This document shows positions 1-10,609 of a stretch of 64,000 bases of DNA, piece after piece. The position numbers and the translations under genes are program-made. Within the stretch, counting starts at the first letter, position 1, and the number at the start of each line of letters is the position of its first letter. Source of the stretch: an uncultured Thermococci archaeon (GTDB taxonomy: Archaea > CAYQAE01 > CAYVLA01); contig CAZJVP010000048.1 of assembly GCA_964549615.1 (NCBI GenBank), forward strand, positions 1 to 64,000, read 5' to 3'. A model generated the notes under the pieces. That model had not been told where the DNA came from and ran no database searches. It saw nothing but the letters and a program-made list of their open reading frames with translations.

Positions 1-276
1 ATCGAGCGAACGGCTTGTACCTGGACAGTCGCCTCATATGTCCGTTCCTTCTCCCTGCAACATCTTCCCTGCCTGAAAGCATCGTGACCGCTCGAAGGTA
101 CACCAAATGCGATCAGATCGGTTGGCCAATCGACGCGACGCCGGGCCTTGAAAAATGCTCGTCCCTCCACCGTCCCGCGTGTGATAGGCTCGCGCGAATC
201 CTCAAGGCAGCCGTATCGACAACTGAGCGGCGGAACGACCGACAGTGTTCCTCTCGTGGCCTCCCAGTTCAAGGTG

Positions 277-825
277 CTACAACCCGATCAGGGTCACGAA
301 CTCATCTGGATCGACGAAGGAACTGCCCGTTATCTCTCTCAGCCTCTTCTTCCTTTGCAGGAAATCTGCATCCCCTGTGACGAAGAACCGAATCTCTTCG
401 TCAAGCAACCTGCGTGCACAGATCAAGGAAGCGATGTGCATGCAGTCAAGCGTCCTCAACCCGACGTTGTAAGTCAAGTTCAGAGCGCCGTGCAGCAGTG
501 CCGGCATGCGGACGCTCTTCCCCTCCGAGAGCAACTGAACGTCATCCAAGGGGTCGACGAACACCAAGTTCAACCTCATGAGCCTCTTGATCAATGCCGA
601 AATGACCCTGCCCCTGTCTTGCACGCCTAGCTCGTGCAGTGAGCCCGATCTAGTCTCGATGCTACGACTTGTTACGGACGCGACTTCCAAGATAGCTAGC
701 GAGGATGTGCATCCTCGAAGTCCTTCTTTTCCTAACTCCCTCACGATTTTCTGGCAGCTGCTGTGATACGGGTCATCAGGCTTGAATCTCGCGAGGAAGA
801 CGTTGGTGTCCATGTAGGAAATCAT
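277..825 (-). CDS. vapC: PIN-domain (VapC-like) ribonuclease toxin
   Basis: PIN acidic motifs YMDTNVF, LAILEV, RTLDCMHIA and FVTGDADF; overlaps the upstream RHH gene by 4 nt. Confidence 0.85.
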   Translation of the reverse strand: MISYMDTNVFLARFKPDDPYHSSCQKIVRELGKEGLRGCTSSLAILEVASVTSRSIETRSGSLHELGVQDRGRVISALIKRLMRLNLVFVDPLDDVQLLSEGKSVRMPALLHGALNLTYNVGLRTLDCMHIASLICARRLLDEEIRFFVTGDADFLQRKKRLREITGSSFVDPDEFVTLIGL

Positions 826-1091
826 CGGCCGCGACCTTCCGCAACGATCTCCGCTGCAGTCCTCTTCCCGCAGAAGAGACCTGCACAGATCTTTTCAAGC
901 TCGTCATCGTCGATGTCCGCCTCGGACCACTTCTCGGCTTCAGCGTCTAGGAACAGCTCGGGGTGTCTGTCTATGTAGTCTTCTGTCATGGTCCTTAGGG
1001 CCTCGCTGCGGTTCTTGAAGATCCCCCTGCGGACAAGATCGTCTACCTTTCGAACGAGGTCTTGTTCGAATCTGGCGTTTATGATTTCCAC
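822..1091 (-). CDS. Ribbon-helix-helix (CopG/VapB-like) antitoxin
   Basis: EIINARFEQDLVRKVDDLVRRGIFKNRSEALR is an RHH pattern; acidic C-terminus; start refined to GTG at 1091, just downstream of a TATA/palindrome. Confidence 0.8.
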   Translation of the reverse strand: MEIINARFEQDLVRKVDDLVRRGIFKNRSEALRTMTEDYIDRHPELFLDAEAEKWSEADIDDDELEKICAGLFCGKRTAAEIVAEGRGR

Positions 1092-1106
1092 AAGATCCGA
1101 TTGGCT

Positions 1107-1128
1107 GCGTAAGATAAATATCTTACGC
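1107..1128. promoter_or_regulatory. Inverted-repeat operator overlapping the TATA region of the vapBC-like operon
   Basis: GCGTAAGATA-AA-TATCTTACGC with perfect 10-bp arms, 15 nt upstream of the antitoxin start. Confidence 0.7.
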
Positions 1129-1451
1129 TCACGCTTTAGCACGGCATACGGAGGGCTTGCTGGCAGGATGGGCCGCCGATAGGAATGGGATTCATCAATC
1201 GGGTTCATCAGAAGGTTCCTTAGGTGATCCTCCCCATCGCAAAGAACTCCGGGTTACCCCTGAGGAACGTCGTCCTCACGGTCAACACCGCTTACAATGT
1301 CACGGGAAACTGCAGCCTCAAGTCCCACACCGAGCCAACAGAATGAACGACCCATGCTTGCCGAGCTATGACTTCATCGCTCTGGCGGGAAATCCAAACC
1401 ATTATCTCTTCCGAACGCGGTCAAAAAGAACCAATCCAGGGGAGAGGTAGG

Positions 1452-3161
1452 TTGAACAGGAACGGCTGTGGGGTCGCCGCTGCCGTATGTAGTCTGGTTG
1501 CGGTGGCAGTCATGATGACCTACGTTGGAGCAGCTGCCCAGCTCAGGGTCAAGTGGGTGTTCAATGCCACTCAGGGCTTGGAGAGCCCTGTTAGTAGTGG
1601 ACACCAAGGATGCCAGACGGTCTGGGATATTGACGAAGACGGGATTGATGAGATCATCTTTGGGACGCCCTGGGGAGACAGCAAGAGGCTCTGGTGCATT
1701 GGGGCAGATGGCGCATTCAAATGGAGCTATCCGCCCATGGACTTGGACGGCCTTCCGGGATACTGGATAAGCAAGGTGTCCCTGGTCGATGTGAACAGGG
1801 ACGGCAGATACGAGCTGTGTTTTGCCGGAGGAGGAAGGCTTCATGCTCTCGACGGCGAAGGGCGAATCATCTGGACCTGGGACAACCCTAACGTTGGCGC
1901 GGACATACCTGGACCTCCACAGGCCCACGACATCGATGGGGACGGCTTCGTCGATTTCTTTGTCGCCGACGAGACGGGCTACCTGTATAGGCTGAACTAC
2001 GAAGGCCACCTCGTCTGGTCGTCGCACCTGTGCAGCAACGCCGTAGGCCAACCGACCATAGCCGACATAGATCGGGACGGAGGCTGTGAACTGGTGGTGG
2101 CAAGCTGGGATGGGTGCCTCTACTGCTTGGACGCTGGGACTGGAAGGGAGGAGTGGAGGTTCCACACGTCGGCCAACATCAGGAGCCCGCCCATTGTTGC
2201 CGACGTCAACAAGGACAGTGAATACGAAGCGCTTGTCTGGAGCGAAGGTTCCTTGAGCGACGCTCCCTTGAGCGAAGGCGGTACCCTGTTCTGCATAAGC
2301 TTCTACGGGACTGAGATTTGGAGTCTCAGATTGCCGGGGAAAGACCGTACCGGTCTCGTGCAGCAAGTGATGCCGTCAATAGCTGATTTCGACGGCGATG
2401 GAAGCATGGACATGGCGATCATGGCATCTGCCTACCTAGGGCAGATCTCCAATGTCTCATCGACTGACGGCAACGTGGGGTACATCATAAGTGTCTATGG
2501 ACATGACAACAGCGTGTACGTGATAGACATTGGTGGAACGGTTCCCAGGGTGAAGTATGCCCTCAACTTCACGGAGATGAGCCTGAAGGGAATGATTCCG
2601 CGCGCAACTTCCCATTCCTTTTCGTCCTGCCAGTCCCAGCTGGTCGCAGACATCGATGGTGATAACAGGCAGGAGATTCTGTGGCTCGCTCCGTACCCGA
2701 TCGTCACGGATGCGGCGACAGGTGCTGTCGAGGCCTACTACGTCAGCGCTGACGCGGTTTGGGACGGCCCAGGACAGAGGAACGGAGGGTGGTGGGGAGA
2801 TGTCGATAAGGATAGGAGGTCCGAGTGGATCTGTGGGGCAGGTGCGGCATACTGCAGTTTTCTGACGGGCTGCCGTCAGCAGACGGGGGTCTACTGTCTG
2901 ACCTTGGACGGAAAGTTTCCGGCCCAATCGCCGTGGCCCGAGTACTACCATAGTGCCTGCCCAGCCGAATACCAGAACCTGCAAGACTGGTTGGGCCTGA
3001 AGGCTGCCTACTCGAACTCCCTCTGGTTTCCCATGGATGAGCTCCTCTTGGCAGGGTTCCTGTCTCTAGCTGCCCTGGGCTCGGTGCGCCGATCGTGTCG
3101 TCGAAATGCTAGTCACAGTCCAAGTCTTGCGGTTCAGCCCCAACTTCTACGCCAACTATAG
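1452..3161 (+). CDS. Secreted FG-GAP/PQQ-like beta-propeller protein with C-terminal membrane anchor
   Basis: Signal peptide; repeated DxDxDGxxE Ca-binding loops; W-x-F PQQ-like motifs; C-terminal PMDE-hydrophobic-RR; start refined to TTG 1452 after GGAGAGG. Confidence 0.8.
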   Translation: MNRNGCGVAAAVCSLVAVAVMMTYVGAAAQLRVKWVFNATQGLESPVSSGHQGCQTVWDIDEDGIDEIIFGTPWGDSKRLWCIGADGAFKWSYPPMDLDGLPGYWISKVSLVDVNRDGRYELCFAGGGRLHALDGEGRIIWTWDNPNVGADIPGPPQAHDIDGDGFVDFFVADETGYLYRLNYEGHLVWSSHLCSNAVGQPTIADIDRDGGCELVVASWDGCLYCLDAGTGREEWRFHTSANIRSPPIVADVNKDSEYEALVWSEGSLSDAPLSEGGTLFCISFYGTEIWSLRLPGKDRTGLVQQVMPSIADFDGDGSMDMAIMASAYLGQISNVSSTDGNVGYIISVYGHDNSVYVIDIGGTVPRVKYALNFTEMSLKGMIPRATSHSFSSCQSQLVADIDGDNRQEILWLAPYPIVTDAATGAVEAYYVSADAVWDGPGQRNGGWWGDVDKDRRSEWICGAGAAYCSFLTGCRQQTGVYCLTLDGKFPAQSPWPEYYHSACPAEYQNLQDWLGLKAAYSNSLWFPMDELLLAGFLSLAALGSVRRSCRRNASHSPSLAVQPQLLRQL

Positions 3162-3258
3162 CCACGGGCAAAGCTTTATCCTCCAGCCCAGAAGCGAATC
3201 CGACCGACGGAAGCGACCCTCCCCAACGCTTGACCAGCTGAATGAGGTTTGCCGATCC

Positions 3259-4464
3259 ATGCGCTCGGAATGGCTGTCCTTCAAGCGGCTCCTTTCCTTA
3301 TCCTTGATCTGCCTGGCGTTCCTGCCGAGCGCCCTTGGCGACGGGGACACAAGGAGGGCCAGTCTGCTGTTGGTTGGGGATATCTTTCCCTGTCCCGTGA
3401 TAGTGCTGTGCGAATCGGATCCGCTGTACCAGTACTTACCGATACAGACCAGGGAGATACCCGCGACGGAGGCCCAGCGGTACATCAGACTCTACTTCCC
3501 AAGGACCAGGGACGAGCTCTACGGCTATGGGGTCCTATTCTTCGTGGACCCGGACATGGACCCCTTCACCGGCCAACAGGTCGCGGCGATGCTGGACTCA
3601 GTCGCCAAGGGGCACTCGGGGACCTTCTGGACCTTCGGTCCCCACTACTCAAGCGTCGTCGCATCCGCGCTCGAGGCGGTGGTGCCCCACGAGATGTCGC
3701 ACGAGTTCAAGCAGTGGTCGTGGGGCAATGACTTCTACACCGTCAAGTTCAGAAGGAACCTCCCGCCCGTATTCACCTCATTCATCGACCTCGGGCTGGA
3801 GAAGGTCAGGGCCTACGGATGTGGGCAGACCGTGCCGAGGCCGGGTTCAACCGTCTGGGGCGACCTAGTCCCATTCGGTTGGCCCTGGATGACTTCCTGG
3901 AGGTACGGGGGAAACGGGGGCGTCTGCTGGGTGGCCGCCGATGACCTCGACCATCCCTGGTGGAGCGGAGAGACCTATGGCTTTTGCGAGAACAAGTATG
4001 CGATAGATGTCCTGGCGAACATCATTACTTACACGGTCGGAGGCAAGCTGCCCGACGATGTCTTGGTGCCAATCCGGATTCGCAGGGAGTTCCTCGACTA
4101 CAGGAGCGGAAAGAGCTTGTTCGTCTCGATCCTGGAGTTCGTGGAGAAATTCGGGGCTGGCACGAACCAACTCTATGAAGACTTCTCAAGGATCGATGCC
4201 GGCCTCGTCGGCCAGGCAAAGGCCTTCTACGTAGATGGCGACTACGATCAGGCCCTGGCGGCCATCAGGCAGGGTAACGAGGAGGTGAAGGCCCTCTGCG
4301 ACAAGGCGTTGGAAGCCAGGAAAAGGGCCTTGCTCTGGATCTTCCTGATCGAGTGGCTCGCGGTTTCCGGCACGAGCATGCTAGCGGGCTTCATGGTCTG
4401 GACGCTGATGGTGAAAAGGAGGATGTACCGGGAAGTGACGACCACCAGGCTTATCGCGAGGTGA
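3259..4464 (+). CDS. Family A membrane protein, copy 1 (signal peptide, GATase1-like domain, helical stalk, C-terminal TM)
   Basis: Shares RYIRLYFPRT, KFGA and ALLWIFLIEWLAVSGT...WTLMVKRRMYREV with three other ORFs in the window; start refined to ATG 3259. Confidence 0.8.
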   Translation: MRSEWLSFKRLLSLSLICLAFLPSALGDGDTRRASLLLVGDIFPCPVIVLCESDPLYQYLPIQTREIPATEAQRYIRLYFPRTRDELYGYGVLFFVDPDMDPFTGQQVAAMLDSVAKGHSGTFWTFGPHYSSVVASALEAVVPHEMSHEFKQWSWGNDFYTVKFRRNLPPVFTSFIDLGLEKVRAYGCGQTVPRPGSTVWGDLVPFGWPWMTSWRYGGNGGVCWVAADDLDHPWWSGETYGFCENKYAIDVLANIITYTVGGKLPDDVLVPIRIRREFLDYRSGKSLFVSILEFVEKFGAGTNQLYEDFSRIDAGLVGQAKAFYVDGDYDQALAAIRQGNEEVKALCDKALEARKRALLWIFLIEWLAVSGTSMLAGFMVWTLMVKRRMYREVTTTRLIAR

Positions 4465-4488
4465 TGCCTCCTCGAGATCCGCAGCCCC

Positions 4489-5283
4489 CTAGGCGGCGCG
4501 GGCGTGTTCCCTCCAGGCCAGAAGCTCCTTCTCCTCGACCCCTCCGGTCATCTCGATGAAGGCCTCCTCCAGCGTCCTCTTTCCGGTCCGGGCGATGATC
4601 TCCTCCACCGTCCCTAGGGCAATCAGCCTGCCCTGGTTGATGATGCCAATCCGGTCGCACAGCTCCTCCACGATGGGCAGGATGTGGCTGCAGACGAAGA
4701 TGGTCTTGCCGGCCTGGTCGGCGAGTTCCTTGATCAGATCCTTGACCATGAGGGCGGCCCTTGGATCGAGGGTGGAGGTTGGCTCATCCAAGAACAGGAT
4801 CGGCGGATCGTGCACCAGTGCCGCCGCCAGCAGGACCTTCTGCTTCATCCCCCGGCTGTATCCCTCCAGCAAATCGTTGCGCCTCTCCGACAGCCCGAAA
4901 AGCTCGAGCAGGTTCTGGATCCTGTCCGGCACGATCTCCCTGGGCACGTCGTAGAGGGCTGCCATGAACTCGAGGAATTCGTAGGCGCTTAGCTTCTCGT
5001 ACAGCCCGGGAGATTCGGCCAGAAGGCCCGTCACCCGCTTGACCTCGTTGGGCTCCTTGAGGATGTCATGCCCTCCAACCATGGCAGTTCCGGAGGTCGG
5101 CTTGATTATGCAGTTGAGGAGACGGACGGTCGTGGTCTTCCCCGCACCGTTCGGGCCAAGCAGCCCGAAGGTCTCGCCCTCGTATACCTCGAGGTTGAGA
5201 TGATCCACAGCCCTTATCTCCCCGCGTTTACCATAGTACTTACAGAGGTCCACCGTCCGAGCCACCACGTTCATGCGTCGCAC
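4489..5283 (-). CDS. ABC transporter ATP-binding protein (ABC-2/DrrA-like), no adjacent permease
   Basis: GPNGAGKTT Walker A, YSRGMKQ signature, LFLDEP Walker B, SH switch. Confidence 0.92.
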   Translation of the reverse strand: MRRMNVVARTVDLCKYYGKRGEIRAVDHLNLEVYEGETFGLLGPNGAGKTTTVRLLNCIIKPTSGTAMVGGHDILKEPNEVKRVTGLLAESPGLYEKLSAYEFLEFMAALYDVPREIVPDRIQNLLELFGLSERRNDLLEGYSRGMKQKVLLAAALVHDPPILFLDEPTSTLDPRAALMVKDLIKELADQAGKTIFVCSHILPIVEELCDRIGIINQGRLIALGTVEEIIARTGKRTLEEAFIEMTGGVEEKELLAWREHARAA

Positions 5284-5553
5284 CCGCCTGTTGCGGCTGG
5301 CCTTTGGCGCCTATTTATCCCTCACAAGCCCCATCCTCTTATAGTACTCCAAATACCCATGCCGGTCCACCGAGGGTTGGCCTGGTCCGGCAATCTTCAA
5401 ACGAGAATAGCTCATGGGAGGCAGAGGTCCTGTCCTCCGCCTCCCGGTACTGGCCACCTTCACGGCGAACCCCGCCGCAAAAATCCCAGCCTCACCAAGA
5501 CCCGCCAGCCAGCCTGACAAAGATTATTCAGCGGCCGATGAGGGCGCGACGCC

Positions 5554-7008
5554 ATGCCGATCAAGATAGCGATGATCGGGGCGGGCAGCATTCTCTTCAC
5601 GCGACGGCTCATCCAGGATGTCCTCACCGTTCCGGAGCTGGAGGATGCCGAGTTCGCCCTGACCGACATCAACGAACGAAACCTGGGCATGGTCTACCAG
5701 CTTGTGAAGCGCGACGTACAAGCGAACGGGAAGCCGGCCAAGTTGGTGGCAACCCTCAACCGTCGCGAGGCACTCGAAGGGGCCGACTACGTATTCTGCA
5801 CAGTTCGCGTCGGTGGCCTTGAGGCATTCCAGCTCGACATCGATATCCCTCTCGAATACGGCGTTGACCAGTGCGTCGGCGACACGTTGTGCGTCGGCGG
5901 GATCACGTACGCCCAGCGTTCGATCCCCGCGCTATTGGAATTCTGCCAGGATATCCGGGAGGTCGCGGCTCCCGATTGCCTCCTCATGAACTACGCAAAC
6001 CCCATGGCGATGAACACCTGGGCATGCGTGAAGTACGGCCGGGTACGGACGGTGGGGCTCTGCCACGGGATCCAGGGCGGCATACGACAGATCGCAGACG
6101 TGCTCCATGTCCCTGCAAAGGAACTGGATGTCATCTGCGCCGGAATCAACCATCAGGCATGGTTCATCTCTGTGAAGCACGAGGGCAAGGAGCTCACCGG
6201 AAGGCTTCTCCCAGCGTTCGAGCGACACCCCGTGTACCGGAGGACCGAGAAGGTGCGCATAGATATGCTCCGCCGGTTCGGCTACTATACCACCGAGAGC
6301 AACGGCCATGTCTCGGAGTACGTTCCCTGGTACAGGAAGCGGCCACGGGAGATCCGCAAGTGGATCGACCTGAGCTCCTGGATCAACGGGGAAACGGGAG
6401 GGTTCCTGCGCGTCTGCATCGAGTCGCGGAACTGGTTTGAGACGGACTTCCCGAAATGGCTTAAGGCCGATCCGCCGAGGTACAGCCCCGAGAAACGGTC
6501 AAGCGAACACGGATCCTACATCATCGAGGCACTGGAGACCGGGCGCACATATCGCGGCTACTTCAACGTGCTCAACAGGGGAATAATCACCAACCTCCCC
6601 GACGACTGTATCGTCGAGGCCCCAGGTTACGTTGACCGGAATGGAATCAACATGCCGATCGTCGGGGATCTGCCACTTGCGTGCGCCGCGACCTGCAACG
6701 CGAGCGTCCAGGTGCAGAGGATGGCGGTCGAGGCCGCGGTGCACGGGGATGTCACCCTGCTCAAACAGGCTGCCCTGCATGATCCGCTTACGGCCGCGGT
6801 GTGCAACCCGCCCGAGATATGGCAGATGATCGACCGAATGCTCGTTGCCCAGGCCAAGTGGCTGCCCCAATACGGAAAGGAGATCCCGAAGGCCAGGCGG
6901 AGGCTGGCCTCCCAGAAGAACCTCGGCACGAGATCCAACCGGGGAGCCGCCCGACTCAAGATAAGGACCGTTGACCAGATGAGGCGCAGCGCGAAGGCGC
7001 GCAGATAG
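5554..7008 (+). CDS. melA: GH4 family glycosidase, alpha-galactosidase (MelA-like)
   Basis: KIAMIGAGS NAD-binding motif, NYANPM, GLCHG, AGINHQAW, TESNGH. Confidence 0.85.
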   Translation: MPIKIAMIGAGSILFTRRLIQDVLTVPELEDAEFALTDINERNLGMVYQLVKRDVQANGKPAKLVATLNRREALEGADYVFCTVRVGGLEAFQLDIDIPLEYGVDQCVGDTLCVGGITYAQRSIPALLEFCQDIREVAAPDCLLMNYANPMAMNTWACVKYGRVRTVGLCHGIQGGIRQIADVLHVPAKELDVICAGINHQAWFISVKHEGKELTGRLLPAFERHPVYRRTEKVRIDMLRRFGYYTTESNGHVSEYVPWYRKRPREIRKWIDLSSWINGETGGFLRVCIESRNWFETDFPKWLKADPPRYSPEKRSSEHGSYIIEALETGRTYRGYFNVLNRGIITNLPDDCIVEAPGYVDRNGINMPIVGDLPLACAATCNASVQVQRMAVEAAVHGDVTLLKQAALHDPLTAAVCNPPEIWQMIDRMLVAQAKWLPQYGKEIPKARRRLASQKNLGTRSNRGAARLKIRTVDQMRRSAKARR

Positions 7009-7241
7009 GGGGGCATCGGCCCTCAGCCATCACTCAGGCCATCCATCCAAGGACGAAGCGCTCCTGCCGAGCGACTTCAAGCAAAGACCGGACGAATTAT
7101 CAAGGAAGCCGGAGGGGTCTTGGCTTCAGTTTGACTTGTGGGCATCCTGTCCAAGCTGCGAGGCCGGGTGCTAGCCTTTGCTTGGACTGGTCCCCACGCC
7201 GATCAGCAAGACATAAGAGGCGCATCGCCGGGCGCTACCAC

Positions 7242-8276
7242 ATGCCAGACTCTTCGAAGGCCAGGAGGGTCAAGGTGGGCGTGATCGGCGTTGGAGCCAT
7301 CGGCAGGCACCATGCCCAGGCATACAGGAACGCACCGGAGGCCGAGTTGGTCGCGATAGCGGACATCGATGAGGGCAGGGCCCGTGCTGCGGCAACCGAG
7401 CTCGGCGTGCCCAACGTCTTCACCGACTACAGGAAGATGCTCAAGATGCCCGGCTTGGAGGCAGTGAGCGTCTGCCTGCCCAACGTCTTGCATGCCCCAG
7501 CATCGATCGCTGCTCTGGAAGCCGGCAAACACGTGTTGTGCGAGAAGCCCCTCGCCACCGATGTCGCGAGCGCGCAGAGGATGGTGAGAGCTTCCAGGAA
7601 GAGCGGGAAGCGGCTGGCGATGTCGCTCAACCTGCGCCATACCGGAAGCGCCCAGATGCTCAAGAAGGCCGCTGAATCGGGGCTGCTCGGCCGCATCTAT
7701 CACGGGAAGGGCGGGATGCTGAGGAATAATGCCATACCGAAGGGCTGGTTCCACCGAAAAGAGTTCGCGGGTGGCGGGCCGCTGCTCGACCTCGGCTCCC
7801 ACATACTGGACGTAACATGGTGGGTTATGGGCAAGCCGAGGCCGGTCTCGGCTTACGGCGCCACTTACGCCGAGTTCGGCCCTAGGGGATTGGGGAAGGG
7901 AGACTGGGGGGTTGGCTACGAGGAGGGCCCCTTCGACGTGGAGGACCTCGCCTTGGGGCTTGTGCGGTTCGAGGGCGGGGAGACGGCCTTCGTGGAGGTA
8001 AGCTGGGCTGTGAACGCCAAGCCGATCACCTACAGTTACGTCTGCGGAACGGAGGGCGGCGCGTCGCTTTACCCAACCTTCGAAACGTTCAGGACGGACG
8101 GCACGCCCCTGACCATGGAACCGCTACAAGATTCGAACCCGCCGGTAAGATTCATCCAAGACCTGCTTGCGGACAGGCCACCCGTCGGGCCGGCCGAGGA
8201 GGGAGTCGTCGTGATGAAGATGCTCGAGGGCATCTACAACTCGGCGGAGACGGGTCGCGAGGTCCGGATACGCTAG
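7242..8276 (+). CDS. Gfo/Idh/MocA family oxidoreductase
   Basis: VGVIGVGAIG, GKHVLCEKP, GGGPLLDLGSHILD; start refined to ATG 7242. Confidence 0.92.
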   Translation: MPDSSKARRVKVGVIGVGAIGRHHAQAYRNAPEAELVAIADIDEGRARAAATELGVPNVFTDYRKMLKMPGLEAVSVCLPNVLHAPASIAALEAGKHVLCEKPLATDVASAQRMVRASRKSGKRLAMSLNLRHTGSAQMLKKAAESGLLGRIYHGKGGMLRNNAIPKGWFHRKEFAGGGPLLDLGSHILDVTWWVMGKPRPVSAYGATYAEFGPRGLGKGDWGVGYEEGPFDVEDLALGLVRFEGGETAFVEVSWAVNAKPITYSYVCGTEGGASLYPTFETFRTDGTPLTMEPLQDSNPPVRFIQDLLADRPPVGPAEEGVVVMKMLEGIYNSAETGREVRIR

Positions 8277-8468
8277 CTTAGCCTTGTGAGTCGGTTGCCC
8301 GGAAGTCACGGGCGTGACATCTCGGATAGGCGTGCATGTCCGCCCCTTAACGGCCATCTTGTGGTGAGTTGCAATGAGGTTCTTTCCTAAGGAAGGGCCC
8401 ATGGGCGAAGTGACTGTGGGTTGCCTGAGGGGGGCACATGGGTCCCGGGGGAACATTTTTCACTTACG

Positions 8469-8482
8469 GGTTACGCGTAACC
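8469..8482. promoter_or_regulatory. 14-bp perfect palindrome, candidate operator
   Basis: GGTTACGCGTAACC, 8 nt upstream of ATG 8491 of an RHH-like protein. Confidence 0.5.
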
Positions 8483-8490
8483 GCGATACA

Positions 8491-9021
8491 ATGCCTGCAG
8501 GAAAGCGCATAGGAAAGAAAATGCCTCACAGAGAGTTGGAGGAGTGGCGAAATCGCTGCATGGAGGCCATGAAGCTGTGGGTGGAGAAGAGTAAGGAGGC
8601 CCTGAGGTGCGGGGAGGACGAGATACCCCCGATACCAGCGCTGCCCCCACTTCCTCCGCTTCAGCATGGCCCGCCAGGTTTCGGCGGAAACCGTGAGCAT
8701 GTTCCCCCCTTCTTCGGCCCGCCGCGGTCCAACGTGGTGGCCTCCAGGATAGACGACGAGGGACTCAAAGTCGTGGACATGCTCGTCGAGGCCGGCCTCT
8801 TCGATACCCGGTCAGAAGCTGTGGCTTATCTGGTGGCCGAAGGCATCAAGGCTCGCAAGGACGTCATCGACCAAGTCTCGGCGGCGCTCGGAGAGATCCG
8901 CGAGATAGCCAAACGAAGAGAGGAGAGGATCGCCAAGCTCAGGGAGCAGATAGGCATCGCCCGCCCGGAGGCCCCCGGCGAAACCCCATACACCAAGGAC
9001 CAGCCCCCGTCGCTGCGCTAA
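8491..9021 (+). CDS. RHH-like DNA-binding protein with Pro-rich linker and C-terminal coiled coil
   Basis: SNVVASRIDDEGLKVVDMLVEAGLFDTRSEAVAYLV; start uncertain (8491 or 8521). Confidence 0.65.
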   Translation: MPAGKRIGKKMPHRELEEWRNRCMEAMKLWVEKSKEALRCGEDEIPPIPALPPLPPLQHGPPGFGGNREHVPPFFGPPRSNVVASRIDDEGLKVVDMLVEAGLFDTRSEAVAYLVAEGIKARKDVIDQVSAALGEIREIAKRREERIAKLREQIGIARPEAPGETPYTKDQPPSLR

Positions 9022-9238
9022 GGCGCGAGCTCAGCCCCAAATTCCGCCTGCCACAGACTCCCATCTGCGTCGATTGGGTGAGGAAAGCACGGAGGAAGGG
9101 GTGACGTTCCTGGACAAGCACAGAAGTGGAGGAGCCGCATCGTGGTTCCAGAGCGTTCCAGCGAACACTTAAGGGCCGTCTCACGCTTAGCAAGGAGGCT
9201 GTGAAGCGCAAGGCGCAAGTCTACTCGGAGGAGACGTT

Positions 9239-10609
9239 GTGAGCGTTCCCAAGAGGTCTCTGGCAAACATTTGGAGAAGGAAGGTAAGGACAGCCTTGAT
9301 CGTATTGGCACTCGGTTTCTCCGTTTCCATTGCGATCTCGGTTCCTGCCGCCTTGAAGGCGCAGGGCAACTTGACGGAGGCAATAGTCCGGACCCAAAGG
9401 GTGGGATACACAGCCATGATCAACCTTACGGCGACCGAGATCCTAGTTGGGCCGCCCACGCCCACCTTCGAGATGGGAGCAGGCGGCATGCGGATGCGCC
9501 AGATGCTCGGCTTCGGAGGCCAAGGGTCCCTCAACCAGACCATAACGGATGAGATCGGATCGATGGCCGGCGTTGAGTTGACGGTGCCCATCCTGCAGAG
9601 GATGGTATCCCTTCCTTCGCAAGAGACCTCGACCCAGACGGGGTTCAGGATGAGAAACTTCCTTCAGGTCATTGGAGTCGGGACGAACGCCTTCCTCGTC
9701 AAGGAGCGTGCCCTTCTGCCGAGAACGACGCTGGAAGGTCGAACCCTCACCCAGGAGGATGCAGGATGTATCATGATCGGGTCCAACCTCCGGGACCTAC
9801 TCGGGGTAGGCGTGGGAGACACGATGCAGCTTGGCGACAAGACCTTTCAGATCATCGGCGTCTTTGACTCGGGCACAACATCCACAACGACCGAGGGGGG
9901 GCGGCGCTTTGCGCCCAGCTACGCCTACATGCTGCTCTCGGACGCCCAGGATCTGTTCGGCATGAACGGGCAGGTCACTTCGGTGAGGGTCTACGTTGAG
10001 AGCGTCGACCTGGTGCAGAGCGTGGTTGACCAGATAGCCAATACGTACGGAGAGAACGTCACCGTCACGACCCAGGAAAGCCTGCTGCAGAACCTCCCGC
10101 AGGTATACAGAAACGTTGAGGACACGGTCAGCGAGCAGCTCAACCAGGCCCGAAGCATGGCCACCCAGGAGGTTGCGATCTCACTGATCGTCGGAGGCGT
10201 CATAGTGTTCTCGACGATGTTCTACACGGTCCGGGAAAGGACCAAGGAGATAGGGATACTCAAGGCACTGGGCTTCAGGGACCGAGACGTGATGAGCCAG
10301 TTCATGCTTGAGGGCGTCGTCATAAGCCTCGTGGGCGGGCTTGCAGGGGTGGCGATCGCGGCAGTGGGGGCTCCCGCGCTGGCCAATCTCTTGCTTCGCC
10401 CGATCTCGGTTACGGGGCAGGGAGGGGCGGGCGGCGGCTTCTTCCCGGGCCAGATAAGCGTGGAGCAGATCCAGCTGAGCGCCCCACTGGATGTGGGGCT
10501 GGCGCTGGTCGGCATCGGGATTGCGGTCGTCCTAGGAGTCGTGGGGAGCTTCTACCCCGCCCTCCACGCCTCTAGGCAGAACCCGGTGGAGGCGTTAAGA
10601 CATGAGTAG
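9239..10609 (+). CDS. MacB/FtsX-family ABC permease
   Basis: RRKVRTAL at N-terminus, large extracytoplasmic domain, ERTKEIGILKALG, ASRQNPVEALRHE. Confidence 0.92.
   Translation: MSVPKRSLANIWRRKVRTALIVLALGFSVSIAISVPAALKAQGNLTEAIVRTQRVGYTAMINLTATEILVGPPTPTFEMGAGGMRMRQMLGFGGQGSLNQTITDEIGSMAGVELTVPILQRMVSLPSQETSTQTGFRMRNFLQVIGVGTNAFLVKERALLPRTTLEGRTLTQEDAGCIMIGSNLRDLLGVGVGDTMQLGDKTFQIIGVFDSGTTSTTTEGGRRFAPSYAYMLLSDAQDLFGMNGQVTSVRVYVESVDLVQSVVDQIANTYGENVTVTTQESLLQNLPQVYRNVEDTVSEQLNQARSMATQEVAISLIVGGVIVFSTMFYTVRERTKEIGILKALGFRDRDVMSQFMLEGVVISLVGGLAGVAIAAVGAPALANLLLRPISVTGQGGAGGGFFPGQISVEQIQLSAPLDVGLALVGIGIAVVLGVVGSFYPALHASRQNPVEALRHE

Noticed and set aside
1-37. Possible minus-strand gene start (MRRLSRYKPFAR) running off the window
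   Set aside because: Only 12 codons are visible, too few to support a call.
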